Shown here: piece by piece, positions 10,060-22,713 of the stretch | How positions within the stretch are numbered: the first letter of the stretch is position 1 | How the letters are laid out: each line of letters opens with the position of its first letter | From: an uncultured Nitrososphaeraceae archaeon | GTDB taxonomy: Archaea > Thermoproteota > Nitrososphaeria > Nitrososphaerales > Nitrososphaeraceae | Assembly (NCBI GenBank): GCA_963837175.1 | Contig: CAWIMJ010000005.1 | Coordinates: 12,807-76,806, forward strand | Length of the DNA: 64,000 nt | Direction: 5' to 3' | The notes under the pieces: model-generated | Seen by the model: only the letters and a program-made list of their open reading frames with translations | Database searches by the model: none | What the model was told of the DNA's origin: nothing | Position numbers and translations under genes: made by a program

Positions 10060-12846
10060 CTAGTACACACCTAGTCCAGCACCAGAAGAAAGAGGTTCGT
10101 TTTTATATAATGTACTCTCACGTTTAAAAAATTCTTGTAGACTCTTATCATTAATCCAATTAACGTTATTATTGTTATCATCAACTTTGATTTGTAAAAC
10201 TTCCTTCAATTTATTATACCAATCCTCTTCGGTACTACATTTTTCAAGTCTTTCCAATCGAGATTTTACAAAGTTGGTATGAGAAGGTTCGGAACTTTTT
10301 ATATCATATAATATTTCAGCAGGGCTCCAGTATAGCCATCTTATTAATTGAGGCCATTTCAACGATAAGATAATCCACCGACTGACCTGATCGAAGGAAG
10401 GTGTGGATTTTCCCTTGTCAATACTTGTCATAAGAAGGCGTTGAAAACGTAGAATATTAATAAAACGTTTTATGTCTCTTGGATTATTAGAAAAGTCACA
10501 AGCAGCCTCTGATATCTGTTTGTAAAATTCTTCTTCTACATCTGGCAGCTTGTTTATTTTTTCATCCATTTCCTTAAGTTCTGCTCCAAAAGAATCAAAA
10601 GTTACCTTTTTATTGTTCACGTCTTTTTGACTACCACTTACCGCTGAAGATGTATCCAACTCATCATCCTCGTCTTTTTTATTGACTGTCTTTTGTTCTT
10701 CTGATGAATAATTATTGTTTAGTAATGAATTGGCATACTTACGCGCTTTTTCTCCTATGCTTGGAGTAATAATAATAGGAAGCTGAATAAATTTATCCAT
10801 AAATCGCCATCCTATGGGCATATGAGTTGGGTAACTCGGAAGTTTTGAAATAACTTCTTTATGATCTACTTCTAATGCGGCAGCTACCATTTCTGTATCT
10901 ATTCCAAGTATAAACATACAGTCTTTAAATTCAAATTCACCTGCAAGAAAAAGATTAATTCCTTCAATAACCTGTGCAATATTGCTTGGAGAACAACGAT
11001 CTAGATCGTCTATGAAAATAACCATTGGTAGGCAATCTTCACGAATAGTCTCAAAAACAAGTTGTAGATCTTTTACAACATTATGAATGAAACCTACTTT
11101 TTCATTATAGTCTGGAACTTTAACGAACTTGCCCAAGCTTAGCGCTGCTGGTTTGTCTTCTGCATCCTTTTTTTTATCCAAGGCTTGAAAAACACCCATA
11201 CCAGCAGAGCTAATTGCTCCAAACAGACTAGCATAGGGAGTATACGGATTCTGTCCTACTGCTCCTATAACTGCAGTCATTGTTGAAGCTCCAATTCCAA
11301 TTATAGACGCAGATAACCAAGGTTTGAGATTTTGCCATATGTAAGACAGAGTATGCTCTGTTATCCATTGGCGTATACTATCAATATCCCTACGCTTCAA
11401 ATTCAAACGTAAATAAAACCATTCGCGTCCTACTGGATCCATACGGTCTGCAACTCCTTTAACTATACTATCAGCTAAACCTGCCCATACTTGTTCTGTG
11501 CTTTCGTATTTCCATGCGTTAAACCAAATAGTTACAACTGGTTTGATATGCCATCCAATGCTTTCTGGAATTTTAGGCTCTGGATGATCTTTATTTTGTT
11601 TTTTGCACTCAGCTAGCTCCTTTTTTATGTCTTTTACTTTTACCTCTTCTTTTTTTGGCTTATTACTAACACTTTTATAATTAAATGATTCTGTTTTTGG
11701 AGCATCTTTATCAAGCATGTCTCTGAGCATTCTCATAAGAGATGTCTTGCCTCCTCCCCATGGAGCCTGTATGCTGATGGAAATAGGCGCTGTTGTTTTA
11801 TCACTGCCTAGAAATCTTGCTAATGTGTACGTGTAGCTTCGATATCCAAGGGCATCTTTTGTTGTCCACATATCGCTTGTAATATAAGTTGGCAGAATCG
11901 GACTGATCTTTGGTAATTTGCTAAATGTTTGAAGATGAATGTTTAGCCAAAGGTTCAGCTCTACTTCAAATAATGAACTAATCTGTGCCAAAAAACTATT
12001 TGACCAATCTTCAGCATCAAAATTCCATTTTCTCATCTGTTCTCCATGATTAAGAGCAATGACTGTTGTTGGATTATTGTAGATATATGCTCCCATAATA
12101 TGGCGAACACCCATATCAGCATACTGACCATTATTACTGCCCTTCTGAATTTCAAGCGTCTTGTCAAAGATATCCCTTCCCGATTTTGTTACACTGCTAC
12201 CAAAGCTTAGATTAGCAACATTATCATCCGATATCTGTTTTTCACGGATTTCTTGAAGCTTGTCTTTAGATATCTCTCTATAGTTCAATATATCATCAAT
12301 TTTGATTTCTTTCTTTTCTGCATACTCTTGAAACCATTTTGATATGGGATCATGGGAAACCAAAAATGCCAATAATATCGATGTAAAACTAAAACTATAA
12401 CTTTGTGACGTGTTTTCATTAATAAAGGCTGCTCTAACAAGCAGATGTTTCAGATCCTTTGTCATATTGGTGAGTTGCCAAGGATCAGAGGTCTGTAATT
12501 CTTGTTTTATGGATAGTTTGTCATCACTTTTAATAAGTGATTCTATAAGATGAAATACAGGCTTTAAATCAGAGGCCGGACCACGAATTTCTATGTTTGT
12601 TACGCCTTTGATAGAAATTTTTGCCTCTCTAAATACAAGTCCCTTTTCCGTATATTCAATTCCTTGAAGTCTATCGAGACTCTCACTAACAATATCCTCT
12701 GATTGTATAAGGTGATCTCTCTGTACATATAATATTATCCGTTTATCTGTAATTAAAAATTTATATTTTTTATTTGCATAATGGACAAATGTCTTACTCT
12801 GGAACCTTATATTCTCCAAAGGAAGTAAAAAATCCTGTACAGACAT
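10060..12846 (-). CDS. KAP-family P-loop NTPase with N-terminal bacterial-PH-like and Clp-N-like domains
   Basis: Walker A APWGGGKTS, FNAWKY, two TM helices, Walker B VIFIDDLDRC, KFIQLP and NPRDIKRFIN are KAP hallmarks. N-terminal LITDKRII motif. Confidence 0.9.
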   Translation of the reverse strand: MSVQDFLLPLENIRFQSKTFVHYANKKYKFLITDKRIILYVQRDHLIQSEDIVSESLDRLQGIEYTEKGLVFREAKISIKGVTNIEIRGPASDLKPVFHLIESLIKSDDKLSIKQELQTSDPWQLTNMTKDLKHLLVRAAFINENTSQSYSFSFTSILLAFLVSHDPISKWFQEYAEKKEIKIDDILNYREISKDKLQEIREKQISDDNVANLSFGSSVTKSGRDIFDKTLEIQKGSNNGQYADMGVRHIMGAYIYNNPTTVIALNHGEQMRKWNFDAEDWSNSFLAQISSLFEVELNLWLNIHLQTFSKLPKISPILPTYITSDMWTTKDALGYRSYTYTLARFLGSDKTTAPISISIQAPWGGGKTSLMRMLRDMLDKDAPKTESFNYKSVSNKPKKEEVKVKDIKKELAECKKQNKDHPEPKIPESIGWHIKPVVTIWFNAWKYESTEQVWAGLADSIVKGVADRMDPVGREWFYLRLNLKRRDIDSIRQWITEHTLSYIWQNLKPWLSASIIGIGASTMTAVIGAVGQNPYTPYASLFGAISSAGMGVFQALDKKKDAEDKPAALSLGKFVKVPDYNEKVGFIHNVVKDLQLVFETIREDCLPMVIFIDDLDRCSPSNIAQVIEGINLFLAGEFEFKDCMFILGIDTEMVAAALEVDHKEVISKLPSYPTHMPIGWRFMDKFIQLPIIITPSIGEKARKYANSLLNNNYSSEEQKTVNKKDEDDELDTSSAVSGSQKDVNNKKVTFDSFGAELKEMDEKINKLPDVEEEFYKQISEAACDFSNNPRDIKRFINILRFQRLLMTSIDKGKSTPSFDQVSRWIILSLKWPQLIRWLYWSPAEILYDIKSSEPSHTNFVKSRLERLEKCSTEEDWYNKLKEVLQIKVDDNNNNVNWINDKSLQEFFKRESTLYKNEPLSSGAGLGVY

Positions 12847-12975
12847 AGTGTTTATATACTCAAGTATAGGATGACAGCGATAAATATAAACAAATACGTG
12901 CTAAAATTGTGTCATCCTCTTGATATTGTTTCTTTCTTTAATTTTGCAACTTTTGCAATTATTGGATATGAAGAG

Positions 12976-13182
12976 TCATCGCCTGGAGTCCTTTTTTTCA
13001 GTATTTTCATAATATGATTTTATATCCTTCTCCCAATCATTAACATTCTTATCGATTTTTTCTAATAAATCCTTGTTTTCTTCCAAAGGTTTCCTAACTT
13101 CTGGTATCTTGAGCAATAGTTTTATAACTACGTGTATTAACTCTGCATAGTCTGTACTTTTTAGAGAACCCATACCTGTCAA
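12976..13182 (-). pseudogene. Probable C-terminal fragment of a gene upstream of the KAP NTPase
   Basis: Short helical charged ORF with no good start; upstream frames are interrupted. Confidence 0.3.
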
Positions 13183-13448
13183 GCAATAGCTTTATCAGGA
13201 CAAACTTGACATTCCTTAGTCTTTTCATATCGATTATCCTTTTGTTATTGGATGTCCAAGGATTACAAACATAGATGGACCATCTGAATCTGTACAGACA
13301 GCACAGCTAAATTCTAACAAGTACCAACAATTTAGTGCTCTTTGAATAATATTTCCAGCGCAATAAAAGAACCTGTGTTACTCCTTCAGGATAATCTTTC
13401 TCCTATGAATATGCCAACTAAAGTAGTATAGTATTAATGCAGAAATAA

Positions 13449-15437
13449 TTATCTAAGTTCACTGCTAAAGCAAATTTTGTTAGAACTAAATTTTCTCAGA
13501 AAGCGTCTTTCAAAGGGTACATTTTTCAGGAAGTAGATTTCACGAGCGCAAAATTTAGAGAAGCAGATTTCACTGCATCCAAGTTCACTGCTAAAGCAGA
13601 ATTCCATTCGACTGAATTTATAGGCGAAGCAACATTTCATCAAACAGAATTCCAGGAACTCTCTTTTTATAGTGGTGCGTTTACTAAAGTCAACTTTACA
13701 AATGCCCAGTTCAATAGTAAATCAGAATTCATGCTAACTAAGTTCGAGGAGGTAGATTTCTCAGATTCGAACTTCCATGAAGTGTCATTTATGTATGCTG
13801 AATTCACAAAAATAGCATATTTCAAGAAGAGCAAATTCTTAAATGATGCATATTTTGATGATGCTATTTTCCAGAAAGCAGATTTCGTTTATTTCGATGA
13901 AGCTGAATTTCTTCAAAATGCATCTTTTAATAAAGCCAAATTCAAAGAAGCGTGCTTCTGCAAAGTAAAGTTCATGGGTATAACATATTTCTTTTCAACT
14001 GAATTTATGGCGAGGATGACTTTTAACGAATGTGAATTTCATAAAGACTCCTCTTATGGTCAATCCGTATTTAAAGACGTATCTTTCTATAAAGCTAAAT
14101 TCCATGGAAAAGCTGATTTTACTTTAGCTGAATTCCGTGGAAGACCAGAAGACAAATTCGTAGCCCTAGTCGATTTCTCTCAAGCTAAATTAGAAAATGT
14201 AATATTCCGAGATACCAAGTTTCAAGAAGCGCACTTCGAAAAAGCTGAATTTCAAGTATCAGATTTCGCCTTATCTAACTTCTACGATGAAGTATATTTC
14301 TCTGAAGCTAAATTCCATGCCATAGCAGATTTCCGTCAAGGTAAATTCCATGACATTGCATATTTTAATGAAGCCAAATTTCAGGAAGCGATTTTCTACG
14401 CTGTAGAATTCCTTGAAGCAAATTTTAATGCAACCAGATTTCAAGAGGCAAACTTCGTTTCAGCCAAGTTCAAACGTAGAGGATTCTTTAATTATGTGTT
14501 ATTGAAAAAAGAAAAGGTCATGTTTAATTCAGTAGATTTAGCAAACGTCTCTTTTAGCAACACAGATATAACTCGAGTTATGTTTGGTGAAGATGTAATC
14601 TGGGGCAGGAATCCAACTGATAAATTCAAGGTAGTCGATGAAGAACAGCTTGAAACTGCCTATTTATTGTTTAATTGGAATGACAACCTAGAAAATATTA
14701 AGGCTAATCTCATAAGTTTTTTGACAGAAACTTTGGGATTGGAGTGGGTAAGTAATGATTCAGAGGTAAAAAATAGCATTTACTTTACTAACACCATAAA
14801 TGTCTATTCACAGGATGGCAAAAAATCACTTTCGTTACAACTTAATCATGAACAAGCTAGTGCTACATTATACGCTGAGGGTAACAAAAAATATGAATTC
14901 TCTGGAAAAGGAGGCTGACAAACTAAACTTATACTATACAAAAAAATAAACATAGAGAGTATCAAGGCAATATATAGAAACTTAAGGGAAAATTATGAGT
15001 ATAGACTTAGGTATGATGAAGCTGGTCACTTCTTTATTAGAGAAATGGAGCTGAAGAGAAAATACAGTGTAGACCGTCAAGGAAAAGTTATAAAGACTGA
15101 TTGGTTCAGAAGAAACTTTTCATTAACTGGATTCTATCGCCTAGCATCATATGGTGAAAAATTTCGAATGCCTTTTCTTCTTAGTGGGATAACGATAGCA
15201 GTGTCAATAATTTTTTGGCTCCTCTATTTACATTCTACCTACTCCCTGTCACTTGATTATAAAGAAGGTCTAGTTCCTTTAGGCAATGCGACCGAAAGAA
15301 GTTTTACTACCTTTCTGCAGCTAAGAAATGAAAAACTCGTTTGGGAAGATTATATTTTTAAAGCATTAGGAATTCTAAGCTTAGGTTTATCCGCAATACC
15401 GTTAAGAAGAAAATTCGAAAGAAAATTCAGGCATTAG
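13449..15437 (+). CDS. Pentapeptide-repeat membrane protein; 5' end missing, frameshift near 14905
   Basis: A.F...F pentapeptide repeats in frame from 13449 with no start codon. Later YRNLRENYEY...EAGHFFIREMELKR and YGE...P plus TM helices in 15045-15437. Confidence 0.8.
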
Positions 15438-15559
15438 TATTCAGGCTGCTTAACAGACTTGGTTTATTGTCATGTTCGGTCGTATATCGGCTTGTTCTGG
15501 TGACCAATTGATTTGATGGTAAGCTGCTTCTACTTTACTATGGTCAATAGGAGCATTAG

Positions 15560-15632
15560 CAGTGGTGACTTGATTTTTTTCTGATTTTTCTGCTACGTAT
15601 CTTATTGCGTCATCAACTACAGTCGCATTAGT
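15560..15632 (-). pseudogene. Remnant of a Nitrososphaeraceae repeated-family gene
   Basis: Minus strand reads TNATVVDDAIRYVAEKSEKNQ; family attribution is from recall. Confidence 0.35.
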
Positions 15633-15721
15633 ATTATCTTTTCTCTTTTATCTTCTGTTATTGTGAAGTAGCTATAATCAAAGAAAAAGCAATAGCTTTA
15701 TAAAATTCAAGAGGAATGTCA

Positions 15722-16354
15722 TTATTTGGAAGATTTAGGAAAGACTAGATTGAATGCAAGCAGAAAAGAAGCAATATGGAGACTGAGATGGACTTCATCA
15801 ATCGTAGGTTCATTACCTGATTTTTCTATCTTCTGGAGAAGCTGTGGGTAATTATCCCAAGCTCCTATTAATTCATTTAATGTAGTCACATCAAACCGTC
15901 TGAAGTTTTTGTCCATTTCATTTTCAATCTCATAAACCTTATCCATGAGTTTGTTATAAGGTTCAGCAGTTTTATATTCAGATATAGCGGTATTCATTAA
16001 ATCTCTATCTTCTGCTCTTCTATAATAAAAGTCCCTAGTTTTAGAGCCATGTAAGTCTATCGATTCTTGATTATGAATAAAATAATTTTTGCAATATTCA
16101 ACTAACTTCCTAGCATTATCAATTATTTTTTGTAGTATGTCTTTTCGATTAGCAATAAATTTCTCTGCTTCAGGATAACAGGGTGCGTTTTGTAACGAGT
16201 AAATAAGATCACTATGTAAAGGATTAAAACAAGCATTTTTTAAAGCATTAGTCTCATTCCAAGTGATATATCTATCGACTAGAAGTAATCCTTTTACATC
16301 AGGATCAAATAGATCTTTTATTTCAGATGACATATAATAATATCCATAATACAT
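15722..16354 (-). CDS. Hypothetical protein
   Basis: 210-aa ORF with protein-like composition. Confidence 0.6.
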   Translation of the reverse strand: MYYGYYYMSSEIKDLFDPDVKGLLLVDRYITWNETNALKNACFNPLHSDLIYSLQNAPCYPEAEKFIANRKDILQKIIDNARKLVEYCKNYFIHNQESIDLHGSKTRDFYYRRAEDRDLMNTAISEYKTAEPYNKLMDKVYEIENEMDKNFRRFDVTTLNELIGAWDNYPQLLQKIEKSGNEPTIDEVHLSLHIASFLLAFNLVFPKSSK

Positions 16355-17188
16355 ACAAATACCATCTAAATAAGAGTTCAGTGTATCTATAATTTATAAC
16401 CTGCTCTATCTGGGGTGTATATATTATTACTGTTATTTTTTCTGCAGTTGTGAAGCCATCAGAAGAAATACTTTAAGCACCCAAGATAATCATTCCACAT
16501 AGTTAGGCATTTTTTGTCATGATCGATATCTGTATTTCTCATCTTGATATTTAAAAAAGATATTATATCGTCTTTACTTTCGATATCAAGAAAATTAAAT
16601 CTAAATCTATAAAGTAGGCAAAAACTATCATTGCTTTAGGGTTCTGATTTTGATAATTTTCAGATGTGCAGTTAGCTTTTATATGTTTATAAAAATCTCT
16701 AATTAGCATTGAGTTATCTGGATTGGATATAGAACTGATTTTATTTATCGTAGTAGTCAGTCTAATTGTTATTGTCTAGTTAGTTTCCTCCTTTAAAACT
16801 ATATCCTTCAGTTTATGGTCTCCTACAGTGGCATAAGAACCCACATAGTTAGCGGGTTCGGTGGTTCTCGACCTGATAGCAGTTCAAAAAAGAATTCCAA
16901 TTCAATTAACAGACAGGTTAACTTTCAAGTTTTCGGATTATTATAAAAGTTAAAAAGTTGGTTATTCATACAAAATGATGCCGATAGTTCAAACCCTAGT
17001 TCCACTAATGATATCACTGCTAAAAATGGGTTTTCAATATTGAAATAAATGAATTGGACACTAGGTTTCTCATTAATTCTCTTTATTTGATAGGTGATGT
17101 AATTTCAATGCTATTATACATAAGTTGAAATAAGTATAGATGATAAACCACAGCTACTTGTTATCAAATTTTAGAAAACACTTTGCAT

Positions 17189-18509
17189 TTATTCTTCTTT
17201 ACTTGAGGACTGCTTAGTTGTATCAAGACTTAAACGTGTCATCGCTCTTTTGATGCCATCAATAATTTCTCTAGTAACCAATCCAATACTGAAACTAACT
17301 GCTGCAAGCCAATAGGTAGTTGAAGTAGTAGTTTGTCCCTGAGACAGTAAAAGCCAAACGACAGTAGCAAGTAATGGAGCTAATGCCATTTCTGAAAGCT
17401 CGGCCTGAGTTCCTACCGCAAATTCCTGACTGTTCTCCTCAGGCTTAATATACTCAGGAGGACGAACATATTGCCTGGAAGCAGCCTTAGAAAGATATCT
17501 TAAATAGCCACCTGCTAATCCTAATAAAACTACGTAAAAAGGAATACTAATTGTGAATGAACGGTCATTACTAATAGTATTATTACTAACAGTATTTCCT
17601 CCAATATTTATTGCCCATTCCCTTATAGGAAGCCCATTATTTTTGTCAAATTGAGGATTTCTATCTCTATCCAAAACTTGTTGTAGAATTAGACCTACAG
17701 GAGAATTTGCTCCAACTTCTACATCAGTAAGAGCAAGTCCTCCTAATATTGAAATAACCATTCCAGAAATAAAAATAAAGCGCCCTATCTTATATGGCGT
17801 CAGATTCAGAGTATAATATAGAATTCTTAATACAAAAGGTTCCTTGTTTGGTTTTATAAATAATATAAAAAACTCTTTCATTGTTTCTTTCTTCGAAGGT
17901 ATAATTGTTGCAACCGTCAATAATCCAAAAAATATGATTCCAGCATATAACAAATAAGCAGTCAAAGTGAAGAATGGATTTACTACTTCAATTGGAATTG
18001 AATATTTTGCTTGAGGTTCATCTATGGGATAAATGGTAATGTTGTATTTTCCAATATTTTGATTGCTTAAGCTATCATAATAAAAATTGCCATTTTTGTC
18101 AGTAGGTATTGATGCGAAATGTGTGATCTTTTGCTTAGGCAGATCGAAATAACACCAAGGTAATGACTGTCCTCCAGTCTGATTAGCTACTATTATTAGT
18201 GTTGAATTAGTATTCTTTCTAGTATTATTAAAAACACTACCAGAAAGATCAACAATCTGTCCTGGCGAGTACTTTAATCTGCCGATATGTATTTTTAGCA
18301 GACTGCTTTAATGATCCAATATTGTCAGATGGTGAAAGAATACTTGTAGGATTTGACTTACAACTAGGAGAATAAGCTGCTGACAATAGTACAATTAATA
18401 TAATAACTGCTCCGATAATTAGTATGCTACTTATTATAATATGTGAACGATACTTTTTGTTTCTGAAAGTTTCAGAAAACCTCTTCCAAAAAGATCGAAA
18501 GTTCACCAT
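17189..18509 (-). CDS. Multi-pass membrane protein with an extracellular beta domain, frameshifted
   Basis: N-terminal TM (18249-18509), beta-rich middle, C-terminal TM block LGLAGGYLRYL...APLLA...LAAVSFSIGL. Confidence 0.6.
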
Positions 18510-20091
18510 CTAAATATACAAATGTATCTGGTAGCTTGATAAAATTTATCCTTTAAAATATACTACGAATTTTAAATTACATTGAACACAGCTTTGCTTA
18601 TAGTAGTTGTTCATCCATTTTCTTAAAAGAATCCATTTAAAAGCATAAATATTGTAACGCAACAAGGTGTGAAAATAGGAGTCAGGAAAGGATAAAGAAG
18701 GTTATTCCAAATGATGCGCTTGTCACTTTGTTGTCCTCTTGTATTAGTTTAGAGGATGTTCATTTCCAACTACACCTTTGCCCGAGTAGTCTATCCTCTC
18801 GACTTTATACCTAGGTCATGGGTGATACTATTACTAGGAAGGAGAGTGGAAGAAAGATAGATAGAGCAAATGCAACTCAGATGTTTAATAACAATCGTAA
18901 TGAAGTATATACTTTCTACCGCATACAATATTTAGATATATATTATACTTAAATCTCAAATTCCAAAATGAGAACTAATTACAATCCCTTATAAGAAGCG
19001 ATGAATTTAATTTTACTTGGGCATCGCTGAAATAATATTACTTCATATTCAGAATAGCCTCTATTTTTTAGTATTTGTCTATATTCTGGGGGCAGAATAT
19101 GGACAAGTGGTGATAATAACGATGCATTTTCTTCTCCTATGGCCTATATTCAAAAGATACATCTGATATAGGGGAAAATATGTGCAAAGGTATTTTTAAA
19201 TAAAGAGATTTGATGGTGTAATTCAATATGTAGGCACTTTAGTAGAAGCAGATAAAAGATAATTACTTTAATAATCGTGCTGCTACTTGAATTAAATCTT
19301 GGAGATGTTTGAATATCACTATAGTCTTTTATCGAAATATCCGAAGCTTTAAGCTCTCATATATAACAAGGTAATTATATATGATTTATGAAGTGTACAA
19401 GAGACTGTAGTCGATAAGGTTTTTCTATTATACTAAAGCGGATCAAAAATTTTTTTGAAGCATATAAAATGGGAAAAATAGTGGAATATGATCTCGTAGG
19501 TCCTTGACTGATCTTTGTTATTTCGATGCTACGCACATCAAGCTTGGCTATACCTCAGTTGATACATAGCTCAATCTTCACCAACGATTTTTGTCATCCT
19601 AAGTAAAACATAAACAGAGGCTAGTCCAATAAGGCGCTGTCTATGGATATCCAAGTTGAGTGGTTAAGTAAGATTTAGTTTTATAGATGTAGGCTTTTAG
19701 TGGGGACGAATTGAGTTAACACTTTACTACGATCTACATCATAGTAAGATTTATCAAGTCTTCCACTATCTAATCTTCATCAGTCAATATAATAGTTAAA
19801 ATTCAAACAAGTTGTCTATAAGTTATGACAATAATTACTGCTTATAAAAAAACCCTATGGTTTAATTATGCATTTTGATATAATATGTTTGAAGAGAAGA
19901 AAGACTTTGTGCAATAATAAGCAAACTAATTCAAATAGTATCTTATCAACAGCAATTCCATATTCTTATTGTGAACCTATACTCATCGTTACATTATGCA
20001 AAGTGTTCAAAACACATAGAAGCATATAGGCAGGCACAAGTTTACTGGAACATGGGTTGTCTCATATAATGGTCGTGGTAGTAAGATAACT

Positions 20092-20871
20092 ATGTCTCAA
20101 TGTTATATTTGCGGAGTAGATGAAAGTGTTCCCTTTATATGTAATAACTGTCAAGAATCATTTTGTCACATCCATAGAAATCCCATTAATCATTCATGTC
20201 CATCCATAGACAAATATGCAGAGAAAAGAGAGAAAAGAAAGGATGTACTTTTAGATAAAGGGCATGATGTCGGAAATGGAAGTAGCAGTATTTTGAATTT
20301 GATATCCAGAGTAATAAGAATCAAGTCTTCAAAAACTGAATTACTGCATTTATCTGTAGCCGCTTTGTTAGTTACTGCAGTAGGTCTTTCATTAAACAAC
20401 TACCGATATATTTCCTGGCAGTTCTTATCTATATTTATTAGTGCATTCCTTGTCCATGAATTAGCTCATAAATTCTTGGCTCAATTTTATGGCAGTTGGG
20501 CAGAATTTAGAGCTCAGGTGTACGGGCTTATTGTAACAGCAATATCAGCACTACCAATTATGCCATTCAAGTTTATAGCCCCTGGTGCTGTAATGGTTGG
20601 ATTATCAGATAGAAATAGGTTTGGCAGAGTTGCATTTATTGGGCCATTAACAAACTTGGTTATGGGTTTTGCACTACTAGCCTTATCCTCTTACTACTAT
20701 CCATATTATCCATATTTGGCAGCAGGTGCATCATTTAACGGTTGGATTGCAATATTCAATCTAATGCCATTTGGTATGTTAGATGGACAGAAAATTTTTG
20801 ATTGGAATAAAGTTGTTTGGGGGTTGACAATGGCTACCGCAATGGGCTTATTTATACTTGGATATATTTAA
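20092..20871 (+). CDS. AN1-type zinc finger fused to an M50 (site-2) intramembrane metalloprotease
   Basis: CYICG..PFICNNCQESFCHIHRNPINHSC (AN1); HELAH and FNLMPFGMLDG (M50). Confidence 0.92.
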   Translation: MSQCYICGVDESVPFICNNCQESFCHIHRNPINHSCPSIDKYAEKREKRKDVLLDKGHDVGNGSSSILNLISRVIRIKSSKTELLHLSVAALLVTAVGLSLNNYRYISWQFLSIFISAFLVHELAHKFLAQFYGSWAEFRAQVYGLIVTAISALPIMPFKFIAPGAVMVGLSDRNRFGRVAFIGPLTNLVMGFALLALSSYYYPYYPYLAAGASFNGWIAIFNLMPFGMLDGQKIFDWNKVVWGLTMATAMGLFILGYI

Positions 20872-21638
20872 CCCATCGCTTCTAATCAATTTATAATAAT
20901 GAATTGCTTTTGTTTCATAAAACGAAAATACTTTCACATCAGCATCTATCTTTTTATTTACTCCATAATTTTTTTAAACTAATCACATATGCGTATTCTA
21001 TTACATTCAGTTCACCATTAGAACATCCACTAGTATAGCATTCGGTCCTTTGCAACTTCAATTACTTTATATGCTGGAAGAAATGAAATTCGGCATCTTT
21101 ATAAATAAAAATTTTCATTAGCTAGGAACATGGTATTCTACCCAGTTTTGTATGTTGTATAATTATCCATTTCATAATATGTTCACTGATTGTTATAGAA
21201 GTAGGTATCTGAATTTATATTCATTTTAGATTTTAGAATAAATGCGAGATCCGCTATTTATAATAAAATATCTTCTTTTTCTAACTTTTAATCATATACT
21301 ATTTCAATTAACAATATATTTGAACACTGTTGAACTAAATCATTAACCTATTCCAAAGATTGTCTAGTAATTATATTATATTTAAAATGCCTCTTTCTAA
21401 CGTTCTAACAAAAGTAATCTCTTGCTCTGATGGTTTTCAATTGCAAAAACTGTATATCAAGAATTTATGAGAAAAGTATATTTAATGTTTGAAGAGTCCT
21501 GAATGCTTTTTTGCTTCTTGAACTCATTGATTGATTGTTCATAATATTGAGTCAATACACATCCCTAAATGCACACTACACAATACTCTTAAAAGTCTAG
21601 GAAAAGAATGAATGATTATGGTATAATCAGTAAAGAAG

Positions 21639-21881
21639 TTAAATTCTATGGGAGATCGAATCCTCATTTGAATGCCGCCACCATAATATAACACCAAGTA
21701 CAGATATTATTATTCCTGTTATAACGAAAATATAACCATTGATTGTCCATTCAGAATTACTATACATAAATGAAGATGTCGGTCCTACAACTGATTTGCT
21801 CTGTAATACAAATATATTTCCTAAAACAACTACTACCAGACCAATAAGACTTACTGCTTTACCAATAGATCTAAACTTCAA
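21639..21881 (-). CDS. Small two-TM membrane protein
   Basis: Two TM helices flanking QSKSVVGPTSSFMYSN.EW. Confidence 0.65.
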   Translation of the reverse strand: MKFRSIGKAVSLIGLVVVVLGNIFVLQSKSVVGPTSSFMYSNSEWTINGYIFVITGIIISVLGVILWWRHSNEDSISHRI

Positions 21882-22329
21882 AGAATTTTCACCGCTGTGG
21901 AGTATAATATTAGAAGTTTAAATATCTATATTTCGAGAAAGCTTAAAGGTATATAATTATATTCTTTGTACCTATAAATGCGTCTTCTCATAATGTCGTT
22001 ATAAGCATAGGCTTGCAAGATATCATAGAAGTGAAAATATAATATTACTTTAGATCAAACATCAAAAAAATTGTAGAGATTAACTTTGCTTATGCAAGAG
22101 ATATTAATAGCGATCCATCTGTCAAAGCTGCTCATAAATTGTCTAAGGATATAATTAGTTAAATTACAAAACAATATGCTGAATAAAAATTAATATAAAC
22201 GATTAATGTTATGCTATTCTAATCGTATTCTGACCATTATGTTATTTTATATCAACTGTATAATGTATCATTATGACAATACAAATGAAAATGAATATGC
22301 TTGTAATTGTAAATATATAGAAATACAGA

Positions 22330-22713
22330 TCATCGACCCGTACCAGGTAAACCAAGAACCTTTGTGGGAGATCGAAAATCGCTTTGAATATGTATTCCTT
22401 CATTAGCAGTGACTTTTACTACGTTGACCATGGTATCGGGTTTTGGATAAAAGAAGTATGACTGACCAGAGTCAAGAAATGATAAATTCTGGATATCATT
22501 TTTGCCAAGATCCACCATTATTCCTGTGACTTGCCTCGACCCAATGTTTGTTAATCTTATTCTATATTGTATTCCAGAGATATCTGTAGTATCTTTAGTT
22601 GGATCGACTTCAAGTGCAAACATAGGCTTATTTATTTGAGTAGCATAAAAATAGAATGTCAATATTATTCCAACAACTGCGACAATAAGATAATAGATGT
22701 AATTCCTAATCAT
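22330..22713 (-). CDS. Membrane-anchored Ig-like/beta-sandwich protein
   Basis: N-terminal TM, then IRLTNIG and L..GQSY motifs. Confidence 0.65.
   Translation of the reverse strand: MIRNYIYYLIVAVVGIILTFYFYATQINKPMFALEVDPTKDTTDISGIQYRIRLTNIGSRQVTGIMVDLGKNDIQNLSFLDSGQSYFFYPKPDTMVNVVKVTANEGIHIQSDFRSPTKVLGLPGTGR

Noticed and set aside
16820-17040. tRNA-like GGTTC/GTTCAAA motifs
   Set aside because: No cloverleaf or acceptor stem can be built.
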